A stretch of DNA of 64,000 nucleotides, taken from Mustelus asterias. Taxonomy: Eukaryota. The notes beneath the pieces were generated by a model. That model had not been told where the DNA came from. It ran no database searches and saw nothing but the letters and a program-made list of their open reading frames with translations. Made by a program: the position numbers and the translations under genes. Below are positions 14,400 to 26,176 of the stretch, piece after piece (positions within the stretch are counted from its first letter, which is position 1; every line of letters starts with the position of its first letter). The stretch spans positions 15,066,001 to 15,130,000 of the forward strand of contig NC_135826.1 of NCBI RefSeq assembly GCF_964213995.1. Reading direction: 5' to 3'.

Positions 14400-15208
14400 A
14401 GTAAGAAGTTTAACAACACCAGGTTAAAGTCCAACAGGTTTATTTGGTAGCAAAAGCCACACTTTCGGAGCTGCAAGCCCCTTCTTCAGGTGAGTGGGAA
14501 TTCTGTTCACAAACAGAGCATATAAAGACACAAACTCAATTTACATGATTAATGGTTGGAATGCGAATACTTACAACTAATCAAGTCTTTAAGAAACAAA
14601 ACAGCATGAGTGGAGAGAGCATCAAGACAGGCTAAAAAGATGTGTATTGTCTCCAGACAAGACAGCCAGTGAAACTCTGTGGGGGTTACAAATAGTGGGA
14701 CATGAACCCAAAATCCCGGTTGAGGCCGTCCTCGTGTGTGCGGAACTTGGCTATCAGTTTCTGCTCAGCGACTCTGCGCCGTCGTGTGTCGCGAAGGCCG
14801 CCTTGGAGAACACTTACCCGAATAAGCGTTCTCCAAGACGGCCTCAACCGGGATATTGGGTTCATGTCCCACTATTTGTAACCCCCACAGAGTTTCACTG
14901 GCTGTCTTGTCTGGAGACAATACACATCTTTTTAGCCTGTCTTGATGCTCTCTCCACTCATGCTGTTTTGTTTCTTAAAGACTTGATTAGTTGTAAGTAT
15001 TCGCATTCCAACCATTATTCATGTAAATTGAGTTTGTGTCTTTATATGCTCTGTTTGTGAACAGAATTCCCACTCACCTGAAGAAGGGGCTTGCAGCTCC
15101 GAAAGCTTGTGTGGCTTTTGCTACCAAATAAACCTGTTGGACTTTAACCTGGTGTTGTTAAACTTCTTACTGTCTTTACCCCAGTCCAACGCCGGCATCT
15201 CCACATCA
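14400..15208. mobile_element. Penelope-like element (3' end plus inverted pLTR)
   Basis: ~330-bp inverted arms (14400-14729 / 14838-15171); minus strand encodes a GIY-YIG-type C-terminus RRRVAEQKLIAKFRTHEDGLNRDFGFMSHYL*; 13-bp TSD TAACCCTTTATAT (14387-14399 / 15209-15221). Confidence 0.85.
15070..15114 (+). ncRNA. Minimal type I hammerhead ribozyme motif in Penelope pLTR
   Basis: CAC-CTGAAGA-A-GGGGC ttgca GCTCC-GAAA-GCTT-GTG: core boxes, 5-bp stem II, palindromic AAGCTT stem III. Confidence 0.65.
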
Positions 15209-15374
15209 TAACCCTTTATATGTCAGACACCTAAACTGCACTGAATTGCTCAACCACCTGGACTTAGATGGTTAAACTCTAGCAGTACATTTATGTCCTT
15301 AAGGTTTGTCTCTTGCCATCTGTACCTAACTTGGTGCTTCAGGGTGGCACAGTGGTTTGCATGGCTAACCTTCG

Positions 15375-15702
15375 GGGTGGAATGATAGCACAGTGGTTAG
15401 CACTGCTGCCTCACAGCACCAGGGACCCGGGTTTGATTCCAGCCTTGGGCAATTGTTTGTGTGGAGTTTGCAAGTTCTTCCCGTGTCTGCATGGGTTTCC
15501 TCCCACAGTTCAAAGATGTGCGGGTTAGGTTGATTGGCCATGCTAAATTGCCCCTTAGTGTCCAAAGATGTGCAGGTTAGGGGGATTAGTGGAGTAAATG
15601 CATGGGTTTACAGAGTTGGGACTGGGTAAGGTGCCCTGTTGGAGAGTTTGTGCAGACTTGATGGGTTGAATGGCCCCCTTCTGCACTGTAAGGATTCTAG
15701 GA
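15375..15702 (+). mobile_element. HE1-like SINE
   Basis: Similarity to the other copies; absent at the paralogous site ~39270. Confidence 0.8.
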
Positions 15703-15744
15703 TTTTATAATTTGGTACACCATAGATAAGTGGGGCGTTACTAC

Positions 15745-16036
15745 AGGGAGAATGTGAGGACCCCAGAATCAGGCAACTCTTAAGTTTCAAAATCTTTTAA
15801 GTAATGGAAAATGAGTTGATTGAATTACTGAATTTTCCGACGTCAAACCAACCAGAAGAAAACTGGTACATGGGGAAAGACCATCGGGTGAGGTACAAGA
15901 TGGCTGCCAATTATTGCTGGACTGATATCAATGACATTGGGAACTGTGTCTCCTGAAGAATAATTCTGGGACAGTCCATATCAATAGCGTCACCAAAGCA
16001 GCTTTGGAGATGGTGGTGATTGTCTGCTGTGCTGCC
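15745..16036 (-). pseudogene. Possible decayed, inverted Ig V-like relic (paralog ~39302-39911)
   Basis: Minus-strand acceptor TTTAAG|G followed by frameshifted GD(T/A)ID(L/M)DC, WYQ (TGA in this copy), FSSGWF and PDSGV motifs at V-domain-like spacing. Confidence 0.3.
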
Positions 16037-16194
16037 CTTAAAGGGACAATCACCACAGAGTCAGAATCAACTCGACACTCTCTAACCATCCAGAATTAAA
16101 CTTCCCATTTTTAACTAAAAGCAAAATATAATTCTGGTCGGAAAATTCTTTATTTTGTAATGATAGCAACACCTCTCTTACTCTTGCCTTCTCT

Positions 16195-16537
16195 TTATAA
16201 GAGTTTATAAAGAATGTTGATCCAAAAACTGACCAGGCCACAAACCGTCCCCAATACTGCAGAATGAAGCTTCTTTAAACAGTGACGTGTCCGACCGTTA
16301 CTGAAATGGGTGGAGCTGAAACTGAGACATTTGTATGTGTTGGAGTAAAATGAAGATATGTTGAGTTTGTCTCTGTTTTGGACAGTCCCTCTCCTTAAAA
16401 TAACATTGCACAGTTCCTGCTGGGACCCAGCTGTTAGTTATTATCACCCAGCTAACCACACTGAAAGCTGATTGGTGGAAGCTGCCATCTCAATGCAGTT
16501 TAGCTTCAATCAATCTCTTTCAACATTTCCATGAAGT
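16195..16537. promoter_or_regulatory. Conserved upstream module, copy 1
   Basis: 38-bp core 16391-16428 identical at 40230 and 62585; ETS TTCCTG, E-box CAGCTG, RUNX AACCACA, inverted CCAAT. Confidence 0.55.
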
Positions 16538-16726
16538 TCAATTAGCTCTCAGTGTTCTGAATCTACGATAATAACAGCTACTGATAGAGTATCTCTTTTC
16601 AGATGCCAACTTAAGAAACTAACTCAAACTAACTTAGGGACAAATTAAGAGGGGCAGCTCCCCAAAAGAAAGGGGGAGCAGCCCGAACCAAAAACAAAGT
16701 CGAAAGGAAACTTAAAACGTCAAACC

Positions 16727-19062
16727 AGAAGGTGCAAAAAGGGGTCACGAAATGTTCTTGGCAGACAGGATTAAGGAGAATCCCAAGGCATTTTATTCAT
16801 ACGTTAGGAACAAAAGGGTTGTTAGGGAAAAAATTGGACCTCTCAGGGACAAAAGTGGGGAATTATGCTTGGAGCCCAAAGAGGTAGGGGAGATCCTAAA
16901 TGAATACTTTGCGTCGGTATTCACTAAGGAGAGGGATGTGTTGACTGGGAGTGTCTCGGAGGGGAGTGTTGAACCGTTGGAGAAAATCTCCATTACAAAG
17001 GAGGAAGTGTTAGGTTTGTTAGAGAATATAAAGACTGACAAATCCCCAGGGCCTGATGGAATCTATCCAAGGCTGCTCAGGGAGACGAGAGGTGAAATCG
17101 TTGGGCCTCTGACGCAAATCTTTGTCTCGTCACTGGACACAGGTGAGGTCCCAGAGGATTGGAGGATAGCCAATGTGGTCCCGTTATTTAAGAAGGGTAG
17201 GAAGGATAACCCGGGTAATTATAGGCCGGTGAGCTTGACGTCCGTGGTGGGGAAGTTGTTGGAGAAGATTCTTAAAGATAGGATGTATGCGCATTTAGAA
17301 AGGAATAAACTCATTAACGATAGTCAACATGGTTTTGTGAGAGGGAGGTCATGCCTCACTAACCTGGTGGTGTTTTTTGAAGAAGTGACCAAAATGGTTG
17401 ACGAAGGAAGGGCCGTGGATGTTGTCTATATGGACTTTAGTAAAGCATTTGATAAAGTCCCTCATGGTAGGCTAGTGAAAAAGGTTGGATCCCATGGGAT
17501 AAAGGGGGAGGTGGCTAGATGGGTGGAGAAATGGCTTGGTCATAGAAGACAGAGGGTGGTAGTGGAAGGGTCTTTTTCAGGCTGGAGGCCTGTGACTAGT
17601 GGTGTACCACAGGGCTCTGTATTGGGACCTCTGCTGTTTGTGATTTCTATCAATGATCTGGAAGAAGGAGTAACTGGGGTGATCAGTAAGTTTGCGGACG
17701 ACACAAAACTGGCAGGACTTGCAGATAGTGAGGAACATTGTCAGAGGCTACAGAAGGATATAGATAGGCTGGAAATTTGGGCAAGGAAATGGCAGATGGA
17801 GTTCAATCCTGATAAATGCGAAGTGATGCATTTTGGTGGGAATAATGTAGGGAGGAGCTACACGATAAATGGAAGAACCATAAAGGGTGTAGAGACGCAG
17901 AGGGACCTGGGTGTGCAAGTCCACAGATCTTTGAAGGTGACGTCACAGGTGGAGAAGGTGGTGAAGAAGGCATATGGCATGCTTGCCTTTATAGGACGGG
18001 GCATAGAGTATAAAAGTTGGGGTCTGATGTTGCAGATGTATAGAACGTTGGTTCGGCCGCATTTGGAATACTGCGTCCAGTTCTGGTCGCCACACTACCA
18101 GAAGGACGTGGAGGCTTTGGAGAGAGTACAGAGGAGGTTTACCAGGATGTTGCCTGGTATGGAGGGGCTTGGTTATGAGGAGAGATTGGGGAAACTGGGG
18201 TTGTTCTCCTTGGAAAGACGGAGGATGAGGGGAGACTTAATAGAGGTGTATAAAATTATGAAAGGCATAGATAGGGTGAACGGTGGGAAGCTTTTCCCCG
18301 GGTCGGTGGTGACGTTCACGAGGGGTCATAGGTTCAAGGTGAAGGGGGGGAGGTTTAACACAGATATCAGAAGGACATATTTCACACAGAGGGTCGTGGG
18401 GGCCTGGAATGTGTTGCCGGGCAAAGTGGTGGAGGCGGACACACTGGGAACGTTTAAGACTTATCTAGACAGCTATATGAACGGAGTGGGAATGGAGGGA
18501 TACAAAAGAGTGGTCTAGTTTGGACCAGGGAGCGGCGCGGGCTAATTGTTCCTTGTTTCTCGTTTCAAGGCTTCATTCTATGATCATCTTGCTGGTGCCA
18601 GTACAGAGCGAGACTGCGGATAGTTGGGAACCTGTCTCGGGGGCAGGGAATTCATATGGTGTTCGTGGAAGTGGAAATGACTAGGGTTGGGAAGCATTTT
18701 CCGATCAGGGCCATTGTGATCTCCTGGACTCGTTTCGATTGCCTCAGGGGGTCGGAGAGGAATTTCCCAGATTTTTTTTTCCCCATATTGGCCCTGGGGT
18801 TTTTCACTCTGGGTTTTCGCCTCTCCCTGGAGATCACATGGTCTGGAATGGGGGGGTGGGGGTGAGTTAATAGGTTGTAATGAACAAAGCATCGTAGCTG
18901 TGAGGGACAGCTCGGTGGATAGGATATTGGTATGTAGATAGGCTGGAAAATTGGGCGGGGATCCTGGTTTCAGGATTCAATCCTGGACCGGGGAGCGGCG
19001 CGGGCTTGGAGGGCCGAAGGGCCTGTTCCTGTGCTGTATTGTTCTTTGTTCTTTGTTCTTTG
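16727..19062 (+). mobile_element. Young CR1 LINE (family A), 5'-truncated
   Basis: Uninterrupted RT ORF; long 3' UTR ending (TTCTTTG)n. Confidence 0.92.
16752..18518 (+). CDS. CR1 ORF2 reverse transcriptase, C-terminal 588 aa
   Basis: [37 protein letters not shown] motifs. Confidence 0.85.
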   Translation: MFLADRIKENPKAFYSYVRNKRVVREKIGPLRDKSGELCLEPKEVGEILNEYFASVFTKERDVLTGSVSEGSVEPLEKISITKEEVLGLLENIKTDKSPGPDGIYPRLLRETRGEIVGPLTQIFVSSLDTGEVPEDWRIANVVPLFKKGRKDNPGNYRPVSLTSVVGKLLEKILKDRMYAHLERNKLINDSQHGFVRGRSCLTNLVVFFEEVTKMVDEGRAVDVVYMDFSKAFDKVPHGRLVKKVGSHGIKGEVARWVEKWLGHRRQRVVVEGSFSGWRPVTSGVPQGSVLGPLLFVISINDLEEGVTGVISKFADDTKLAGLADSEEHCQRLQKDIDRLEIWARKWQMEFNPDKCEVMHFGGNNVGRSYTINGRTIKGVETQRDLGVQVHRSLKVTSQVEKVVKKAYGMLAFIGRGIEYKSWGLMLQMYRTLVRPHLEYCVQFWSPHYQKDVEALERVQRRFTRMLPGMEGLGYEERLGKLGLFSLERRRMRGDLIEVYKIMKGIDRVNGGKLFPGSVVTFTRGHRFKVKGGRFNTDIRRTYFTQRVVGAWNVLPGKVVEADTLGTFKTYLDSYMNGVGMEGYKRVV

Positions 19063-19341
19063 TGATTATCGGGGTTGATAATACACCCTAGCCCCTGCGG
19101 CGCCCAGCGGTCGCGGAAGGCGCTACTGATAGAGTAAATTTTATTCAAGAATCAGTGCAATGTTTGAATAATCTAACTATTAGTTGATGGCAGATTAGAA
19201 TATGATAGTCAGGTGATGGGCAAGTTAGTACATCAATAACTAGTTAAATCTTCAACTTTTTCTGTGAAACGTGTTCACTCACTGTTGAAACAGTGGCAAT
19301 GGTGACAGGGCAAGATTGTCTAAAAGCTAATTGTGGCTGTT

Positions 19342-22300
19342 CAAAGAACAAAGAACAAACAAAATTACAGCACAGGAACAGGCCCTTCGGCCTTCCAAGC
19401 CTGCACCGACCATTCTGCCCGACTTAACTAAAACCCCCTACCCTTCCGGGGACCATATCCCTCTATTCCCATCCTATTCATGTACTTGTCAAGACGCCCC
19501 TTAAAAGTCACTACCGTATCCGCTTCCACTACCTCCCCCGGCAACGGGTCTGTGTAAAAAAATCTGCCTTGTATATCTCCCTTAAACCTTGCCCCTCGCA
19601 CTTTAAACCTGTGCCCTCTAGTAATTGACTCTTCCACCCTGGGAAAAAGCTTCTCACTATCCACTCTGTCCATGCCTCTCATAATCTTGTAGACTTCTAT
19701 CAGGTCTCCCCTCAACCTCCGTCGCTCCAGTGAGAACAAACCAAGTTTCTCCAACCTCTCCTCATAGCTAATACCAGGCAACATCCTGGTAAATCTTTTC
19801 TGTACCCTCTCCAAAGCCTCCACATCCTTCTGGTAGTGTGGCGACCAGAATTGAACACTATATTCCAAGTGCGGCCTAACTAAGGTTCTATAAATCTGCA
19901 ACATGACTTGCCAATTTTTAAACTCAATACCCCGGCCGATGAAGGCAAGCATGCTGTATGCCTTCTTGACTACCTTCTCCACCTGCATTGCCATTTTCAG
20001 TGACCTGTGTACCTGGACACCCAGATCCCTTTGCCTATCAATACTCTTAAGGGTTCTGCCATTTACTGTATATTTCCTATCTGTATTAGACCTTCCAAAA
20101 TGCATTACCTCACATTTGTCCAGGTTAAACATAGAAACATAGAAACCCTACAGTGCAGAAGGAGGCCATTCGGCCCATCGAGTCTGCACCGACCACAATC
20201 CCACCCAGGCCCTACCCCCACACATTTTACCCGCTAATCCCTCTAACCTACGCATCCCAGGACTCGAAGGGACACTTTTTAACCTGGCCAATCAACCTAA
20301 CCCGCACATCTTTGGACCAGGTTGATCCATCTGCCATCTCTCCGCCCAAGTCTCCAACTGATCTATATCCTGCTGTATCCTCTGATGTTCCTCATCGCTA
20401 TCCGCAAATCCACCAACCTTTGTGTCGTCCGCAAACTTACTAATCAATCCAGTTCCATTTTCCTCCAAATCATTTATATATATTACAAACAGCAAAGGTC
20501 CCAGCACTGATCCCTGAGGAAAACCACTTGTCACAGCCCTCCATTCAGAAACACACCCTTCCACTGCTACCCTCTGTCTTCTTTGACCGACTGAGTTTTG
20601 TATCCACTTTGCCAGCTCACCTCTGATCCCATGCGACTTCACCTTCTGCACCAATCTGCCATGAGGGACCTTGTCAAAGGCCTTACTGAAGTCCATGTAG
20701 ACAACATCCACTGCCCTACCCTCATCAATCATCTTTGTCACTTCCTCGAAAAACTTGATCAAGTTCGTGAGACACGACTTCCCCTTCACAAACCGTGTTG
20801 CCTCTCACTAATACGTCCACTTATTTCCAAGTGGGAATAAATCCTGTCTCGAATAATCCTCTCCAATAATTTCCCTACCACTGATGTAAGGCTCACTGGC
20901 CTGTAATTACCTGGATTATTCTTGCTACCCTTCGTAAACAAAGGAACATCATTGGCTATTCTCCAATCCTCTGGGATCTCCCCTTTGTGCCCTGTTTGTG
21001 ATCAGAACTCCCACCCACCTGACAAAGGAACAGCCTGTTCCAAAAGCTAGTGACTTTTGCTACCAAATAAACCTGTTGGACTTTAACCTGGTGTTATTAG
21101 ACTTCTTACTGTGATCTCCCCTGTAGCCAGTGAGGATACAAAGATTTCTCTCAAGGCCCCAGCAATTTCCTCCCTTGCCTCTCTCAGTATTCTGGGGTAT
21201 ATCCCATCAGGCCTTGGGGACTTGTCTACCTTAATGTTTCTCAAGAACCCCAATACCTCCTCCTTTCTGATCTCAACATGACTCAAACTATCTATGCATC
21301 CTTTCCCAGACTCATCATCCACCAAGTCCTTCTCTTTGGTGAATACTGGCACAAAGTACTCATTTAATACTCCGCCCATTTCTTCTGGCTCCACGCATAG
21401 ATTCCCTCCCCTGTCCTTGAGTGGGCCAACCCTCTCCTTGGCTACTTTCTTGCTCTTTATATATGTATAAAAAGCCTTGGGATTTTCCTTAATCCTGCTG
21501 GCCAATGATTTTTCGTGACCCTTTTAGCCCTCCATAATCCTTGCTTAAGTTTCTTTCTACTTTCCTTGTATTCCACACTTGCTTCGTGTGTTCCCAGCCT
21601 CCTGGCTTTGACAAATGCTTCCTTTTTCTCTTTCACTAGGCTCACAATATCTCTTGTTACCGAAGGTTCCCAAAACTTGCCATACTTATCTTTCATCCTT
21701 CCAGGAATGTGCCGGTCCTGAATCTCTATCAACTTACACTTGAAAGCCTCCCCATGCCAGATGTTGATTTGCCCTCAAACATCTGCCCCCAATCTACATT
21801 CTTCAGTTCCTGCCTAATATTGTTTTAATTAGCCTTCCCCCAATTTAGCACCTTCACTTGAGGACTACACTTATCTTTATCCATCAGTACCTTAAAGCTA
21901 ACTGAATTGTGGTCACTGTTCCCGAACTGCTCCCCGACTGAAACATCGATCACTTGGCCAGGCTCATTCCCCAATACCAGGTCCAGTATGGCCCCTTCCC
22001 TAGTTGGACTATCTACATACTGTTTCAGGAAGCCCTCCTGGATGCTCCTTACAAACTGTGCCCCATCCACGCCCCTAGCACTTAGTGAGTCCCAGTCAAT
22101 ATCGGGGAAATTAAAATCTCCCACCACAACAACCCTGTTACTTTTACACCTTGCCAAAATCTGCCTACATATCTGTTCCTCAAACTCCCGCTGGCAGTTG
22201 GGCGGCCTATAGTAAACCCCCAACATTGTGACTACACCTTTCCTATTGCTGAGCTCTACTCATAGTGCCTCGCTGTATGAGCCTTCCGAGGTGTCCTCCC

Positions 22301-22655
22301 GGAGTACAGCTATGATATTCTCCTTAACCAGTAGTGCAACTCCCCCACCCCTTTTACATCCCCCTCTATCCTGCCTGAAACATCTGTATCCCGGAATGTT
22401 AAGCTGCCAATCCTGTTCTTCCCTTAACCAAGTCTCTGTAATGGCAACAACATCGTAGTTCTTAGTACTAATCCAAGCTCAAAGTTCATCTGCCTTACCT
22501 GTTACACTTCTCGCATTGAAACAAATGCACTTCAGTCCATCAGACCTGCTCTGCTTAGCAATCCCACCCTGCCTGCTGTTTCTCTGAGTCTTACTGGCCC
22601 TACTCTCTGGCTCCCCTTCAGCTAATTCACCTTTGCTTTGGTTCCCATCCCTCTG
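19342..22655 (-). mobile_element. CR1 LINE (family B) ORF2 EN+RT, disrupted, with nested SINE fragment (~20129-20317) and Penelope fragment (~20985-21112)
   Basis: CICFNARS, GVYYRPPN, GDFN, SDH endonuclease motifs and RT ORF fragments; (CAAAGAA)n tail. Confidence 0.9.
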
Positions 22656-22902
22656 CCGGGGAGTGAGAACCAATGTTCATCTGTAAATTGTTCAGGGTCT
22701 TCGCTCTGAGGGTGGGAAACAGAGGTTAATTGTTATCGCATCCCATCCTGCCTTTGGATGGGGGGCGGGGAGGGGGGTGGATGGGAACAATCATTGGGAT
22801 TTTCACAGAGGAGCCTTCTTAATTGGCGAGGAGACAGGTTCCCTTTTGATTTGGGGAGCCAAGTGGTCTCTTGAAAGGCCAATGAGGGCTTTTTCATCTC
22901 AA

Positions 22903-23208
22903 GAGGCGTCACGGTAGCACAGTGGTTAGCACTGCTACCTCACAGTGCCAGGGAACTGGGTTCGATTCCTGGCTTGGGTCACTCTGTGCAGAGTTTGCAT
23001 GTTCTCCCCGTGTCTGTGTGGGTTTCTTCCGGGTGTTCTGGTTTCCTCTCACAGTCTGAAAGACATGCTGGTTAGGTGCATTGGCCATGCTAAATGCTCC
23101 CTCAGTGTACCCGAACAGGCGCCAGAGTGTGGCGAATAGGGGATTTTAACAGTAACTTCATTGTAGCGTTAGTGTGAGCCTACTTGTCTCACGAATAAAT
23201 AAACTTAA
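22903..23208 (+). mobile_element. V-SINE variant with a different tail (other copy 40481-40793, minus strand)
   Basis: Same head as HE1; tail TAACTTCATTG...AATAAATAAACT. Confidence 0.75.
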
Positions 23209-23699
23209 AAGGAGTAGGTGGCTGCAGGAAAGGGTAAGTAACAGAGGATTCAACATGGAGGCACTGTCTCACCAAACTTTTAAAAGCTTTCTGAAGGGAC
23301 TGTTGCTGTGGGCAGATCACCACTGGTTGAGTGGCGTGGAACCTCTTTACAAGCAGCATGTGGCTGCTCCTGCAGTGCCTGCCTGGAGCACTGGCTCCCT
23401 AATCTGTCACCAGGTACCAGCCTCCAGGTTCCTGAACTGGTCCCTGGCAGTATGGAATTGGAGACTGACCAGAAAATTCCAGCTAACCTCCTTTAATTGG
23501 AGTAAAGAAGAAGCTTAACAAACCTGATTGGCTCCATGTGGCATGGGGAACAGAAAGGCCTTGGAGGCTCGAAGCTCTCCCATCCTTAAAATGGCCACTC
23601 TGGGACTGGTATTGGGAAAGCAGCACCAACATTTTCACCTCCTGTCCTGCCTTTGTTGGGCCCAAATTTCCTGCCTATTGAGTCAGGACTCTGTTTGGG

Positions 23700-24860
23700 A
23701 GTCACACAGTCCAACAGGGAGGAGGTGTTGGAGAATGATCGCAGAACTCAGTGATACAGAGGGATCTGGGTGTCCTGCTACATGAATCACTAAACATTAA
23801 TATATAAATACATCATGTGCCCAATAAGACAAATGGAATGTTGGTATTTATTGCACAGGGAAATGGATATAAAAATGGGAAAATTTTAGCAGCAGTACAG
23901 AACCTTAATAAAACCGTCTCTGGAGTAATGGATAAAGTTTGGTCTCCTTATTTGAAAATGGATATAGTTGTGTTTCACACAGTTCAGAGAAGGTTCACTA
24001 GACCCATTCTTGTGATGAAGGGCTTATTTAATGAAGAAAGTTTGAAAAGGTTGCACCTTGACCCATTAGAATCATAGAAACCCTACAGTGCAGAAGGAGG
24101 TCATTCAGCCCATCGAGGCTGCACCAACAACAATCCCCATAACCCCACGTAGTTACCCTGCTAATTCCCTGATACTAAGGCCAATTTAGCATGGCCAATC
24201 AACCTAACCCGTACATCATTGGACTGTGGGAGGAAACCAGAGGAAACCCATGCCGACATGGGGAGAAAGTGCAAACTCCACACAGACAGTGACCCAAGCC
24301 AGGAATTGAACCCGGGTCCCTGCTAGCCACTGTGCGAAGTCTCACAACACCAGGTTAAAGTCCAACAGGTTGATTTGGTAGCAAATACCATAAGCTTTCG
24401 GAGCGCTGCCCCTTTGTCAGATGGAGACTGTGCCACCATGCCACCGATTAGAGTTCAGAAGAATGAGAGGTGATCTTATTGGAACATAAGATCCCTGAGG
24501 GGACTTGATAGGGTGGATACCCAGAGGATGATCCTCTTGTGGGGGGAGACTAGAACTAGGGGGACACAGTTAAAGAGTAAGTGGTTTCCTTTTTAAGATG
24601 ATGAGGATATTTGTTTCTCTCAGAGTGTTGTTTAGCCTGTTTAATTCTCTATCTAAAGAGCAGTGAAGGCTGGATTATTAAATCAATTCAGGGCAGAGCA
24701 ATGCAGATTTCTGGTAGACAAAGGGGTCAAGGGTTATGATGTGGGGTGTGGGGAGGCAGAATAAAGGAGTTGAGAACATAACCAGATCAGCCTGATCTCA
24801 GAGAATTGTGGAGAAGCCTCAAAGGACTGAATAGCCGACTCCAGTTCCTAAGTTCTGTGT
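23700..24860 (+). mobile_element. Old CR1 3' fragment with nested SINE and Penelope pieces
   Basis: ORF 23817-24077 WSPYLK..VQRRFTR. Confidence 0.65.
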
Positions 24861-25211
24861 TTCAAATGGTTTCTCTTGTAGGGAGCTATTAGTAATGATA
24901 TAGAAAAGTATCTCCACATCATAGAAAAGTAATACAGTGTTCTATTTAATAAGCTTTTTATTAATGAGAGCCACGAGTGGAGAGATTTACACCAGATTGC
25001 ACCATTTGCAACAGAGAATTGGAGGTGAACAGCAATTCATAGTTCAGCTTTGAACAGAGGAAGCAGGCAAACATGAAAAGGAGAAGTGGGAAATATCAGA
25101 GAGAAACTATCTTCAGTTTGAAATGTGATTCAGTCTCTAACTGGGCTGAGGTGTCACTACATCAATCTCAATCTCTGACACTGAATGGGAGGCTTTCAGA
25201 TCCTTGCTCTG

Positions 25212-25293
25212 ATTGGTGAGTGTCAGTTCTCGAATTTGCATGGCTGTCCTTCCTGTTGTGAATGGCTCTATAACTGGCTCCAATGGGCAGCTG
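25212..25293 (+). promoter_or_regulatory. Ig light-chain V promoter, cluster 1
   Basis: ATTGG 25212, octamer ATTTGCAT 25234-25241, CTTCCTG, TATAA 25269-25273, E-box CAGCTG 25288-25293. Confidence 0.85.
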
Positions 25294-25355
25294 CTGCCAC
25301 ACTCAGTCACACACACACTCACTGAAGGGAGGCAGCAAGCTCACTGGCACAAAGG

Positions 25356-25401
25356 ATGTGGACCTGGTGTTTTTTCTGCTCTCTGGCACTGTGTCTGGGC
25401 T
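25356..25401 (+). CDS. IgL leader exon, cluster 1 (MWTWCFFCSLALCLG)
   Basis: ATG, hydrophobic peptide, phase-1 GTAAGT donor, 105-bp intron. Confidence 0.92.
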
Positions 25402-25506
25402 GTAAGTACAAACACTGAACTCTGCTCCTGCCGCTGCGGCAAACGGGGGGCTTGGAATCACTTTCAGACAGTCAATTTATAATGTTTAATCTCTGCTCTC
25501 TTACAG

Positions 25507-25833
25507 ATGGACAGACTCAGACTCTGACTCAGCCTCCAGACCTGAGTGTGAAACCGGGAAACACGGCCACACTGGACTGTAACATTGGAACGGGTGATAG
25601 CAATAGACTGAACTGGTACAAGCAGACCCCAGGAGCAGCTCCTCAGTGGGTCCTCAGCTTTTACCACTCATGGAGTGCCCCGAGCTATGGATCTGGGTTT
25701 AGCAGCGACCGTTTCACATCGACAGCCAACAGCGGCCACAACATTTACCAGTTAATCATAAAGAACGTGGGGGTGAATGATGCTGCCGTCTATTACTGTG
25801 GAAAGTGGGTTTCCTCGAGCAGCAGCTATGTGT
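25507..25833 (+). CDS. Ig light-chain V segment, sigma-type, cluster 1
   Basis: TTACAG acceptor; TLDC, WYKQ, long CDR2 with YGSGFSSDRFTS, DAAVYYC; followed by RSS. Confidence 0.95.
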
Positions 25834-25861
25834 CACCGTGACAGAAGGTAAGACAAAAACT
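25834..25861 (+). other. 12-bp-spacer RSS of V1
   Basis: CACCGTG-ACAGAAGGTAAG-ACAAAAACT. Confidence 0.93.
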
Positions 25862-26176
25862 GGCAACAGTAAGTGTTATACAATTAATGACTTTGTGTTC
25901 GGTAAAACATTGTAAAGTTTTACATTTCACCAAATCACTTTAATTTTGCCCTTTATGCAATATTTTCCAATTGATATAATTTAATAATTGATAACAATCT
26001 GAATCTCAGTGGACAGTATTGAGCATCGGTGACATTTTACTGTCAGCATGTGGGTGTTGCTGTGAGTTCATTCCTTACTGTCCCACACCAGCAGGAACAC
26101 TGGGAATACATGAAGCCTGATTAATGCTGGACTGCAGAATCTGAAACATGTTTTCTGTCTGATTTCCAGGATCCGG

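Larger units (their letters stand above)
16592..19121 (-). mobile_element. 5'-truncated Tx1/L1-type LINE 3' end (16592-16726 + 19063-19121) split by a CR1
   Basis: 15-bp TSD GCTACTGATAGAGTA (16577-16591 / 19122-19136); AFRDRWAPQGLGCIINPDNH peptide; empty site at paralog ~40400. Confidence 0.65.

Noticed and set aside
25452-25506. ORF-track N-terminal extensions of the V and C ORFs (also 28592, 41985, 46325)
   Set aside because: Intronic read-through upstream of TTACAG acceptors; the true start is the leader exon
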